Positions 9,752 through 18,665 of a stretch of 64,000 bases of DNA are shown here, piece by piece. The stretch lies in the NCBI GenBank assembly GCA_965227295.1, contig OZ245742.1, positions 5,472,001 to 5,536,000 on the forward strand, given 5' to 3'. The notes under the pieces were generated by a model. The model saw only the letters and a list, made by a program, of their open reading frames with translations, was not told where the DNA came from and ran no database searches. Both the position numbers and the translations under genes were made by a program. Origin of the DNA: Leptonemataceae bacterium (GTDB lineage: Bacteria; Spirochaetota; Leptospiria; Leptospirales; Leptonemataceae). How positions within the stretch are numbered: position 1 is the first letter of the stretch; each line of letters starts with the position of its first letter.

Positions 9752-10252
9752 ATGGCCTACCGCTTCTCCACGTATCTCGTCGCGAGCCTGCTGGTGCATG
9801 CCCTCGTGCTCGGAGGCCTGGTGCTCACGGCCGGAGTTCCTACCAGCCTCACCCCGTTCCAGGTGGATGCCCGGGCCGGCTTCGCCGAACTGAATGCCCG
9901 CTTCGTTCCAGGCGTCCGCGGCCGGCAGACGGCCGAGCACGGAGACGGTAACACGGCCGGGTCAAACGCCGGTCAGGCCGCGGCCCGCGCGGGCCTGATC
10001 ACCCGCTCCGTTTCCGAACTCCGGCGGACGATTCCCTACCCCGCCCTCGCCCGGGAAATGAACATGCAGGGCCGACTGGTAATCACGTGCACGATCGATG
10101 CGCGCGGCCGGGTAAGCGCCGCCACGGTGAGCCGTTCCTCGGGACACGACCTCCTCGATCGCACGGCCCTGGAACACGTGCGCACCTGGACCTTTCCCGT
10201 CGGCGAAGATGAGACGAGCTTCGAAATTCCCGTACGTTTTCGACTGGAATGA
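9752..10252 (+). CDS. Energy transducer TonB family protein
   Basis: N-terminal TM SLLVH; C-terminal YPALAREMNMQG...SSGHDLLD..A....W.F..IPVRFRL. Confidence 0.85.
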   Translation: MAYRFSTYLVASLLVHALVLGGLVLTAGVPTSLTPFQVDARAGFAELNARFVPGVRGRQTAEHGDGNTAGSNAGQAAARAGLITRSVSELRRTIPYPALAREMNMQGRLVITCTIDARGRVSAATVSRSSGHDLLDRTALEHVRTWTFPVGEDETSFEIPVRFRLE

Positions 10253-10285
10253 TCGGCGGCCGTGTAAGAGTTCCTACAAATCGCC

Positions 10286-10975
10286 GTGCCCTCGTCCCCA
10301 CTCACCATCCTTTACGAAGACAACCATCTGCTCGTCATCGACAAGCCGGCGGGCCTGCTATCCCAGAGCGACCGCCCTGCCGACGACGATTCGCACGACG
10401 ACGTACTCGGCATCGGCAAGGCCTACATCGCCGAACGCTACGCGAAACCCGGGGCAGTCTACCTGGGCCTGGTGCATCGCCTGGATCGCAATGTCGGCGG
10501 CGTTATGATCCTCGCGCGAACCTCGAAGGCCGCGTCGCGGCTTTCGAAGGAAATCCGCGAAGGTCGCGTCCGCAAGCTCTACACCGCCGCCACCGAACGT
10601 TCGCTGCCTGCCGATTACGCCGACGAAGGTCGACTGGAAGATCATATGCGCAAAGACGAACGCCGCCGCCTGGCGCTGCCCGCGGATGCCGGAGGGGGTA
10701 AACTCGCAACGTTACGCTACCGGCGCCTCGCCAGCCCGCCGGACTTTGCAATATCCGAAGCAGCGATGTACGAAATCGAACTGGAAACCGGACGCTTTCA
10801 TCAGATCCGCTTTCAGTTTGCGCAACGCGGCGCGCCGATCCTCGGCGACCGGCGCTACGGTGCGAAGCAGGGTCTGCCGGGCACGGCCCTGGCGCTGCAC
10901 TGCATTTGCATGGAAGTCAAACATCCAACCCGCGACGAACGCCTGGCCTTTCACAGCTCCCCGCCCTTTCTATGA
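10286..10975 (+). CDS. RluA family pseudouridine synthase
   Basis: ILYEDNHLLVIDKPAGL, VHRLDR, TGRFHQIR, PILGDRRYG. Confidence 0.92.
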   Translation: MPSSPLTILYEDNHLLVIDKPAGLLSQSDRPADDDSHDDVLGIGKAYIAERYAKPGAVYLGLVHRLDRNVGGVMILARTSKAASRLSKEIREGRVRKLYTAATERSLPADYADEGRLEDHMRKDERRRLALPADAGGGKLATLRYRRLASPPDFAISEAAMYEIELETGRFHQIRFQFAQRGAPILGDRRYGAKQGLPGTALALHCICMEVKHPTRDERLAFHSSPPFL

Positions 10976-11032
10976 ACACGTACAATCGTTTTTGACTTGC
11001 GCTGAGAGGAATCCGGCGGCGATCCTCGGGCA

Positions 11033-12310
11033 ATGAATCAATTCATTCCCCCCGGCTTCAGCCTGCCCCTCGCCTGGACGGCGGATCTCATGCTGCCGCT
11101 CATTTTGAAGGGCGTTCAGAACATCGACGAAGTCGTCGTGCGTCCCGAGGACAAACGCATGCTGCGCAATCTGCGCAAGGATCGCCTGCTTTTTTTTACG
11201 AATCATCCGACGACCGCCGAACCGCCCATCACCTGGCACCTGGGCAATCTCATGGGCGCGCGCTTTCAGTTCATGGCTTCGCGCCAGGTCTTCGACTGGA
11301 ACTGGGGCATCGTGGGCCGCGTAATTTCGAACCTGGGCGCCTACTCGGTCATCGCCGGCATCAACGACCGCGAAGCCTTTAAGACCACGCGCCAGGCCCT
11401 GGCGAAACCGGAAGGCAAGCTGGTACTGTATCCGGAGGGCGAACCCACCAGCGGCGAGAACGATTCGCTCATGCCGTTCCAGCCCGGCGTCGCCCAGCTT
11501 TCATTCTGGGCCCTCGACGATGCCCGCAAAGTCGATCCGAAGGCGGACATCACCATCCTGCCGGGATTCATTAAGTACATCGTGCAGGGGACGGACGCGG
11601 AAATCCGCGATCAATTAGACCAGAGCCTGCGCAAACTGGAGAAACATCTCGGCATCGATCCGGGCGACAAGAATCTCCTGCGCCGGTTCTTAACAGTCGG
11701 TCGCGTGTTGTTAGAAGAAGCCGAGGGCGAGTACAGGATTCCGCGGGCTTCGGACCAGGACTTCGATTACCGCATCGGCCGACTGCGACACGCCATCCTG
11801 GACAACGTCGCCGAAAAAATCAACGCCCAGGGCTACGATCCCAAAGCCGACGCCATCATCAAGCTCCGCCAGCTTTTCGCCGTAGTGGAGATGATCATGA
11901 TCGACTACCCGGATCCGAAAGTTCCGAAGCTGAATGATCAGGAAAAAGAGTGGGCGCACAAGGAACTTTTGAAGGCCTTCGACTTCATCGTCATCAAACG
12001 CGAGTCTCTGGTATCGCGTCCCACGCCCGAACGTTTCTACGAATGGCTGGCCCGCTTCGAAAGCTACGCCTACGATAAGACACCCCGGGCCCTGGGCGGG
12101 GAGCCGTCCCCGGTCCCGCGCAAGGCTTACGTAAGCTTTGCCAGGCCGTTTAATTTAAGCGAGTACTGGCATCCCACGGACAAGGCTGCCCGCAAAAAGG
12201 GTGTCGAGAAAATGCTGAAACGCGTACGGGACGATATGCAGGGCCTCCTGGACGAGGCCCTGAACCTCAGCCAACCGCTGGTGAAACCGTACGACATCGG
12301 TGAGGAGTAA
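11033..12310 (+). CDS. Glycerolipid acyltransferase (PlsC-like)
   Basis: NHPTTAEP (HX4D-like) and LYPEG motifs. Confidence 0.82.
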   Translation: MNQFIPPGFSLPLAWTADLMLPLILKGVQNIDEVVVRPEDKRMLRNLRKDRLLFFTNHPTTAEPPITWHLGNLMGARFQFMASRQVFDWNWGIVGRVISNLGAYSVIAGINDREAFKTTRQALAKPEGKLVLYPEGEPTSGENDSLMPFQPGVAQLSFWALDDARKVDPKADITILPGFIKYIVQGTDAEIRDQLDQSLRKLEKHLGIDPGDKNLLRRFLTVGRVLLEEAEGEYRIPRASDQDFDYRIGRLRHAILDNVAEKINAQGYDPKADAIIKLRQLFAVVEMIMIDYPDPKVPKLNDQEKEWAHKELLKAFDFIVIKRESLVSRPTPERFYEWLARFESYAYDKTPRALGGEPSPVPRKAYVSFARPFNLSEYWHPTDKAARKKGVEKMLKRVRDDMQGLLDEALNLSQPLVKPYDIGEE

Positions 12311-12321
12311 AAGAGTTTCTT

Positions 12322-12434
12322 ACACCGAGGACCGAGGTACCGAGAATCAAATCCACAGAGCGCTCGTAGCCCGCATGCGTTCAGACTACGAACGCCTCCC
12401 CAAACATACTCGGGCCCTTCTCGGTCCTCGGAGT
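12322..12434. repeat. CCGAGG hairpin element, copy 2 (113 bp)
   Basis: ACACCGAGGACCGAGGTACCGAG ... CTCGGTCCTCGGAGT; inner TCGTAG/CTACGA stem. Confidence 0.85.
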
Positions 12435-12447
12435 CAATTCCTGCTGC

Positions 12448-13536
12448 TTATGCCGCAGCCTTCGCCTCGGCGTAGCTCAGCCACCGCCCCTCTTTCGCGT
12501 CAAAGAGTTTGCACATCTTCGTGCTTCGCAGGTAGTCCCGGAAGACCGTGCCGCGGCGTTCGATCACGTAATCGCCGTAAACGGACTTAATATCTTCCAG
12601 CGCCTTCGGTAGATGATAAAACGGAATGCGCACCTGCACGTGATGAGGCATGTGCACGTAAATGTTGTGTAAAAAGAAGTTAGCGAACGGATTCAGGTGA
12701 TAGTTCACCGTGCCGAAGAGCTGGCCGTAGGCCGGCGTCCACTCGCGGTGTCTCTTCCACGGGATGGTCTCGTGGATGTGATGCACGTAGACCGTGAAAC
12801 CCATGAAGTAGTTCCAGGCAATGAACGGCATGAGGCACATCTTCGCCCACATCCAGAAGCCGCCGGTATAGAACGCGGCGGCGCTAATGCCGACGGCAAA
12901 CAGCATCACGAGTACACGATCGCGGTTTACACCCTTCGCCGGCGCATTGTAGAGATACATGCTCTTTAGCCAGATCTCGATTAAGTAATAGGGACCGGCC
13001 CCCAGGGGCGACCAGTACAGACGGTGCATCATTTTACCGAACCAGGACTTACGCCGGTACTGCGCCGGGGAGACCGGACGCCATACGAAGTCGCCTTCGA
13101 GTTTGATCGTGTGACCGTGATGAATGCGATTGTGGCCGTAGACCCAGGCGCTGTAAGCATGCAGGCTCGGCAGCATGGCGATCTGGCCCACCCAGTACGC
13201 GAGCGTCTTGTTCTTAAATAGAGCGCCATGGGCGGCGTCGTGACCGACAATGAACAGCCCGCTGATGGCGAAGCCCGTGAGAACCCACAGAGGCAGGACA
13301 TAGTACCACGCGTCGACAAAATAGAGCGTCGTAAAGATCGCCGCGGTAACGATGAGATCCCGGGCGAAATAGACCAGGCCGAGCCAGGTCGGATTATCGT
13401 AGGCCTCCGGGGAAATCGTATCCCGGATGGATTTCCAGGTCAGGCGCTGCCCGGTGAAGCGTTCCGCCCGTTCGTCGTGGCGCTCTTCGGGATCGGCTGC
13501 GGCCTCCCGTGGTCTTGTAAGCGTCGCTTGCGTCAT
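12448..13536 (-). CDS. Membrane fatty acid desaturase (delta-12/omega-3-like)
   Basis: His boxes HDAAH, HNRIHH, HMPHH; GGAGG RBS before MTQATL. Confidence 0.92.
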   Translation of the reverse strand: MTQATLTRPREAAADPEERHDERAERFTGQRLTWKSIRDTISPEAYDNPTWLGLVYFARDLIVTAAIFTTLYFVDAWYYVLPLWVLTGFAISGLFIVGHDAAHGALFKNKTLAYWVGQIAMLPSLHAYSAWVYGHNRIHHGHTIKLEGDFVWRPVSPAQYRRKSWFGKMMHRLYWSPLGAGPYYLIEIWLKSMYLYNAPAKGVNRDRVLVMLFAVGISAAAFYTGGFWMWAKMCLMPFIAWNYFMGFTVYVHHIHETIPWKRHREWTPAYGQLFGTVNYHLNPFANFFLHNIYVHMPHHVQVRIPFYHLPKALEDIKSVYGDYVIERRGTVFRDYLRSTKMCKLFDAKEGRWLSYAEAKAAA

Positions 13537-13627
13537 GAAGATTCCTCCGTTGGGGCTGCTGTGCCCCGCGGCCCTGTTTTCGCCGCTTTCAGCCATTTCT
13601 GATGCACTGCAAAAATCTGTCAATCGG

Positions 13628-13657
13628 AACTAACGCCGTTAGTTAAGTGACTTAATT
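13628..13657. promoter_or_regulatory. Two abutting palindromes upstream of the desaturase (candidate operators)
   Basis: AACTAACG-C-CGTTAGTT (13628-13644) and TTAAGT-G-ACTTAA (13643-13655). Confidence 0.5.
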
Positions 13658-13703
13658 AAAATATTTAGATATAGCTTCGGCCTACCGGGGTGGCCGTGAG
13701 CAC

Positions 13704-13737
13704 AAAAAAGGCGCCCCTGAATCCAGGGACGCCTTTT
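13704..13737 (-). terminator. Intrinsic terminator after the acyl-CoA dehydrogenase gene
   Basis: AAAAAAGGCGCCCCTG-AATC-CAGGGACGCCTTTT hairpin with a T-run on the minus strand. Confidence 0.75.
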
Positions 13738-13774
13738 CGGCCGTGCCGGGCGCCCGGCACGTCTGTGTGAAATC

Positions 13775-14962
13775 TCAGCGCTTCGAGGCGGCTTCTTTGA
13801 TGAGGCCGGCCGCAATCTCGTTCCGCTGGATCTGCGAGGTGCCTTCATAGATCTGGAGGATCTTCGCGTCGCGGAACATTTTCTCCACCGGATACTCTTT
13901 CGTGAAACCGTAGCCGCCGTAGATCTGCACCGCGTCCGTGGACACGGCCATGGCGGTGTCCGCCGCGTAGCACTTCGCGATGGCCGAATACTTCGCCATG
14001 TCCTTCGCGCCGGCAATGCACATCCGTGCGGATTTGTAGGTCAGCAGGCGGGAGGCTTCGACCTTCATGGCCATGTCCGCCAGCATGTGCTGGATGGCCT
14101 GGAACGAAGCGATCTTCACACCGAACTGCTCACGCTCACGCGCATACTGGATGGCCGCATCGAACGCCGCCTGGGCAAGACCGACGGCCGAAGCCGCCAC
14201 GGCCGGACGTGAGAAGTTCAGGGTCTTGAGCGCGTGCAGGAAGCCGATGTTCTCCACGCCGCCGACCAGGTTCTCCGCCGGAACTTCGCAGTCCTCGAAG
14301 ATCAACTGGCGCGTTTCCGAGCAGCGAATGCCGAGCTTGTCTTCTTTTTTACCGAACGAAAAGCCCGGGGTGTCCTTCTCGACGACGATGCAGGAGATAC
14401 CGCGCGTGCCACGATCCTTGTTGGTCATGCAGAAGACCGTGTAAAGATCGGCAGTGCCGGCGCCGGAGATCCACTGCTTGGTTCCGTTCAGGATGTACTT
14501 GTCGCCCTTTTTCACGGCGGTGGTTGTGAGGGCCGGAACGTCCGAACCGGCGCCGGGTTCGGTGAGACCGAAGGCGCAGATTTTTTCGCCCGTGGCGAGC
14601 GGTTGCAGCCACTTCTGCTTTTGTTCTTCGGTACCGCCGACCTCGATGGGCAGCGCGCCGAGTTTCGTTGCCAGGAACGCCGTGCCCACGCCAAGGCAAC
14701 CGTAGGCAATTTCTTCCGAGAGAATGATGCTGGCCATGAGGCCCATACCGAGCCCGCCGTACTCGGCTTCGAAGAGGGCGCCGAAAAGACCGGCCTCGCG
14801 GAATTTATCGAATACTTTGTGGGGGTACTCGTTCTTCTCATCCAGTTCGCCGCGAATCGGAATCAAATCGTTTTTAACAATTTCCCGTACGAGTTCACGA
14901 AGCTGGAGTTCGTCTTCGTTTAGTGAAAGGACCAGTTCTACATCCTGGCTGGCTACGCTCAT
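13775..14962 (-). CDS. Acyl-CoA dehydrogenase
   Basis: AFGLTEPGAGSD, LNGTKQWIS, REQFG..I..FQAIQHMLADM, QIYGGYG, IYEGTSQIQR. Confidence 0.95.
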   Translation of the reverse strand: MSVASQDVELVLSLNEDELQLRELVREIVKNDLIPIRGELDEKNEYPHKVFDKFREAGLFGALFEAEYGGLGMGLMASIILSEEIAYGCLGVGTAFLATKLGALPIEVGGTEEQKQKWLQPLATGEKICAFGLTEPGAGSDVPALTTTAVKKGDKYILNGTKQWISGAGTADLYTVFCMTNKDRGTRGISCIVVEKDTPGFSFGKKEDKLGIRCSETRQLIFEDCEVPAENLVGGVENIGFLHALKTLNFSRPAVAASAVGLAQAAFDAAIQYAREREQFGVKIASFQAIQHMLADMAMKVEASRLLTYKSARMCIAGAKDMAKYSAIAKCYAADTAMAVSTDAVQIYGGYGFTKEYPVEKMFRDAKILQIYEGTSQIQRNEIAAGLIKEAASKR

Positions 14963-15091
14963 ATGAAATATCCCCTGGAGTAAAGTGATAGTGTTACTTT
15001 TGTTACGTTAAGATAAAATCTTGCGTTACAGTTAATCCACGGCACACCCACCGGACAACCAAAAATCTAACGGTGTCTGGATTCAATCGCC

Positions 15092-16465
15092 TCAGCTTTT
15101 TTCTTCGGCCTTGCCGTTCTTCCCATTTTTGCCGTTTTTCTCTGCTTCTTTTTCCGAGGGCGGCGGTCGTCTTACGACGCGGAACTGCACGAGCTTCTGT
15201 CGCACGCGTTTGTTCAGTTCCATTACCAGGTTGTCGATCTTCAGTTTTTCCCCGACCTCCGGAAAGCGACCGATCTTCTCGATCACGAACCCCGCCAGGC
15301 TGTTGTAGCTGTCCGACTCCGGGAGCTGGTGTTCCTTAAAGAACTCATTGAAGTCCGCAATGGGACAGGAGCCGGCGACAAGAAACGTATCCTCGGCCAC
15401 CTGCACGATCTCCTGGGGCTCGGGGTCCTCGGTGACGTCCTGGATCTCACCAACGATCTCTTCGAGCAGATCCTCCATGGTCAGCAGGCCGGCCGTGCCG
15501 CCGTACTCGTCCACAACGATGGCCATGTGGGTTCGACGCTTCTGCATCTCTTTCATGATCTTATCGATCTTCATGCTTTCGGGAACAAAGTAAGCCGGGC
15601 GCACGAGTTCACCGGGCTGGACCTGCCGGCCGCGGGCGACGTAGCGAAAGAGGTCCTTCACGTGTAAGATGCCGACGATGTGATCCAGGCTCTCCTTGAA
15701 GACCGGAATGCGACTGAAAGGCATGTCGACGATCTTCTGGATTTCCTCGTCGCCGAGTTCCGCCGGTACGGCCTGAACGTCCACGCGCGGCACCATGACC
15801 TCCCGGGCGGCGGTGTCATTGATCTCGAAGACGTTCTGAATGATTTCGTGTTCGTGATCCTCGATGGTCCCGGCCTGGACTCCCTCTTCGAGCAACTGGC
15901 GAATTTCTTCTTCAATAAGCTTCGTCTCACTGAAGCTGGTCTGGTCTTTAAAGAGTCTTAAGATTATGTTACTGGAGAAAGTGAGCAGCCCCGTAAACGC
16001 GTGAAAGATCTTCGAAACAAAATGCAGCGGATAAGCGACAATGAGCGCAAAACGTTCCGCGTGATTCAACGCCAGGGACTTCGGAATCAGTTCTCCGAAA
16101 ACGAGCGTAAGATACGTAATGGCGAGGACCAGGCCGCCGAAAGCCGCATCGGAGGCCGTGAGGCTGATGTACGGAATGCCGAGAGGAATTTCGGAAAGGC
16201 CGTAGAGCCGTTCCAGGTTGCCGAGGAGCCGCGAACCACCGAAGGCCGAGGCGAGAGTTCCGATCAAGGTTACGCCGATCTGGACCGTGGCGAAAAAATT
16301 GTCAGGATCGTCCTTGAGGCGCTGGATCAGCCGCGCGCGACCATCCCCCTCGTCCATGAGAACCTGCAAACGGCTCTTTTTAATGGAGATCAGGGCAATT
16401 TCCGAACCGGAGAAGAAACCATTCAGCAGGATCAGAAAAAGAATGATCAGTATTTCGATGACCAC
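15092..16465 (-). CDS. HlyC/CorC (CNNM-CBS-CorC) family transporter/hemolysin-like protein
   Basis: [23 protein letters not shown] pair ([25 protein letters not shown]), C-terminal CorC domain. Confidence 0.93.
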   Translation of the reverse strand: MVIEILIILFLILLNGFFSGSEIALISIKKSRLQVLMDEGDGRARLIQRLKDDPDNFFATVQIGVTLIGTLASAFGGSRLLGNLERLYGLSEIPLGIPYISLTASDAAFGGLVLAITYLTLVFGELIPKSLALNHAERFALIVAYPLHFVSKIFHAFTGLLTFSSNIILRLFKDQTSFSETKLIEEEIRQLLEEGVQAGTIEDHEHEIIQNVFEINDTAAREVMVPRVDVQAVPAELGDEEIQKIVDMPFSRIPVFKESLDHIVGILHVKDLFRYVARGRQVQPGELVRPAYFVPESMKIDKIMKEMQKRRTHMAIVVDEYGGTAGLLTMEDLLEEIVGEIQDVTEDPEPQEIVQVAEDTFLVAGSCPIADFNEFFKEHQLPESDSYNSLAGFVIEKIGRFPEVGEKLKIDNLVMELNKRVRQKLVQFRVVRRPPPSEKEAEKNGKNGKNGKAEEKS

Positions 16466-16601
16466 GATGCCTTAGCGACCAGACTCCCGGAAACTTCCGG
16501 CAATCGGGAGCTGTTGACCAGTACTTTTTTAGATGAACCCGGCCGATGATGCAAATAACGGAAGACGCACGCGGCCGATCCAAAAAGCAGGTAATAGAGC
16601 G

Positions 16602-17363
16602 ATGATCCACATCAAGAACAGGGCCGAGATCCAGAAAATGCGGAATGCCTGCAAACTCGCGGCCGAGGTTCTGCACGAAACCGGCCTGCGCGTGGCGCCC
16701 GGGGTTTCCACTCTGGAACTCAACGACTTTGCGGACAAGCTCACGCGCAAAAACGGCGCCACGAGCGCCCCGCTGAACTATCGGGGATTTCCGAAGAGCA
16801 TCTGCACCTCCATCAACGAGGTCGTCTGCCACGGCATCCCCGGTCCCGAGGACATCCTCAAAAACGGGGACATAATCAACATCGACATCACTGTCATTCT
16901 GGACGGCTTTCACGGGGATACGTCGCGCATGTTCGTTGTGGGCGGCGAAGAGCACTTAACGGAGGGTGCGAAGACGCTCATCACCGATACCCACCGCGCC
17001 ATGCACGTGGGCATCGAGGCGGTGGGCCCGGGCGGCCGCGTCTCCGACATCGGCGATGCCATCGACAGTTTTCTGACGCCGAAGGGCTACGGCATTGTGC
17101 GGGATCTGGCCGGGCACGGCATCGGCCGCAATTTCCACGAGGAGCCGTCGATCCCGCACTATCGCCAGAAGCGCGTCCGGGACCGGCTCCGTCCGGGCAT
17201 GACGTTTACGGTCGAGCCCATGGTGAACCAGGGCACCTGGGAAGTGGAATTCGATCAGGACGACGGCTGGACCGTGCGGACCAAAGATCGCCGGCTGTCG
17301 GCCCAGTACGAACACACGATCCTCGTGACCGACCACGGCACGGACATACTGACGGCACTTTGA
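16602..17363 (+). CDS. map: Type I methionine aminopeptidase
   Basis: CTSINEVVCHGIP, GFHGDTS, GHGIGRNFHEEP, FTVEPM, SAQYEHT. Confidence 0.96.
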   Translation: MIHIKNRAEIQKMRNACKLAAEVLHETGLRVAPGVSTLELNDFADKLTRKNGATSAPLNYRGFPKSICTSINEVVCHGIPGPEDILKNGDIINIDITVILDGFHGDTSRMFVVGGEEHLTEGAKTLITDTHRAMHVGIEAVGPGGRVSDIGDAIDSFLTPKGYGIVRDLAGHGIGRNFHEEPSIPHYRQKRVRDRLRPGMTFTVEPMVNQGTWEVEFDQDDGWTVRTKDRRLSAQYEHTILVTDHGTDILTAL

Positions 17364-17387
17364 TTCGCCGTCCCGCGTATACGAGAG

Positions 17388-18098
17388 ATGAACGACAACA
17401 GATCACAGGGCCAGGGAAGCCGCCGCTTTGCCGCGGCGTGTGTTGTTGCCGGCCTGTGTCTGCTTCTATTGGCCTGCCCCGGCCGTACCCGGAACCTCGA
17501 AGATCGCTCCCTGACCCGCAAGGATCTAACGGAGTTCGGGGCATCCCTCGTCTTTCCCTCGGACTGGGTGGTCAAGCGCGGGGAGTTCTTTCATCTGGAA
17601 GCGCGCTCCTCCGACGAGAATGAACCCCGGGCCCTCTTTGAATATCGCGGGCTGGAAAAGGTCAAGAAGGGACGCGAGAGCCGGCGTCAGTACGCGGCCG
17701 GCTGGTACCGCGCCATTGCCCTTTCGTACGAAGGCTGGGAGTACGAATCCCGGAGCACCGACCCGGCCGACCCGGAAGGCACCTGGCGTTTCGAAGGCGT
17801 TTATTTAGAAGAAACTCCGGGAAGCGACGGCCCTGTGCTCCTGCGTAAGATCGGATTATTGCGCTTTCGCGGCGAACGCGTGCACGCCCTCTATTATACC
17901 GCGCTCGCTTCGGACTTTGACGCCGTGCGCCCGCTATTCGAGAAAATGGATAGTCTGCACCGCTACTTTGATCCGGTGGACCTGGCCATGATGGAGGCTT
18001 CTTCGCGTTATTTGGTTGTCACCGGGCCTGATCGCAGCACTCCTGACAATCGAGCCGAACGTCTCCTTGAATTCGCGTCGGCATACGAGCGCCTATAG
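17388..18098 (+). CDS. Hypothetical lipoprotein
   Basis: Hydrophobic stretch ending LLLAC (lipobox-like); stop codon lies inside the tRNA gene. Confidence 0.65.
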   Translation: MNDNRSQGQGSRRFAAACVVAGLCLLLLACPGRTRNLEDRSLTRKDLTEFGASLVFPSDWVVKRGEFFHLEARSSDENEPRALFEYRGLEKVKKGRESRRQYAAGWYRAIALSYEGWEYESRSTDPADPEGTWRFEGVYLEETPGSDGPVLLRKIGLLRFRGERVHALYYTALASDFDAVRPLFEKMDSLHRYFDPVDLAMMEASSRYLVVTGPDRSTPDNRAERLLEFASAYERL

Positions 18099-18160
18099 CT
18101 CAATGGATAGAGCGCAGGTCTCCGGAACCTGAAATCGGGGTTCGAATCCCTGTAGGCGCA
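18089..18160 (+). tRNA. tRNA-Arg (anticodon CCG)
   Basis: GCGCCTA/TAGGCGC acceptor stem, TAGCTCAATGGATAGAGC D-arm, CAGGT-CTCCGGA-ACCTG anticodon arm, GGTTCGAATCC T-arm; CCA not encoded. Confidence 0.96.
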
Positions 18161-18173
18161 CAGTAGTTCTCTT

Positions 18174-18572
18174 ATGTACCAGGTTCTTGAGATCGCCGGA
18201 GTTGTAATAAGCCTCGTCCTCGCGGGCTGGGGCTTCTTTCATCAGTTAATCGTCGGTGGTGCCGCCACCATCTTCAAAAATGTCTCCGAAAAAGAAGCGC
18301 GCCTCTTCGTAATGAGCTGGGTCGCCCACGGCGCCTTTATGAGTTTCGTCGGCGTCATCTCGGCGGTGCTGCTGCTGTTCTTCGGTCTGCTCTCCGGTCC
18401 CGTGCAGATCGTGCTCATTCTCAGCGGAGTGGCCATGATCCTGCTCTCCGCCCACGTCTTTGTCACCGGCTACGGTACGCACATCGGCCCCGTTCGCACC
18501 GGCGCCGTCCTCGAACTCATCTACGGCGTGTATCTCATCGCCGCCACGCTCATCGCCAATCCCCCGGCGTAA
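18174..18572 (+). CDS. Small membrane protein with about 4 TM segments
   Basis: 132 aa strongly hydrophobic ORF. Confidence 0.7.
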   Translation: MYQVLEIAGVVISLVLAGWGFFHQLIVGGAATIFKNVSEKEARLFVMSWVAHGAFMSFVGVISAVLLLFFGLLSGPVQIVLILSGVAMILLSAHVFVTGYGTHIGPVRTGAVLELIYGVYLIAATLIANPPA

Positions 18573-18585
18573 AACCCCCGCGCAT

Positions 18586-18621
18586 AAAAAAACTCCGGCA
18601 CCCGCGGGCACCGGAGTTTTT
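18586..18621. terminator. Bidirectional intrinsic terminator
   Basis: AAAAAAACTCCGG...CCGGAGTTTTT between convergent genes. Confidence 0.82.
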
Positions 18622-18665
18622 ACGGCAACGCCTGCTCGCGCCGCCGTTGCTCTCTGGCGATAGAC

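Noticed and set aside
15100..15140. [10 protein letters not shown] repeat at the HlyC/CorC C-terminus
   Set aside because: Short low-complexity tail with degenerate codons and no evidence of function.
18089..18621. tRNA-Arg as the integration site of an island
   Set aside because: No integrase and no duplicated tRNA 3' end were found downstream.
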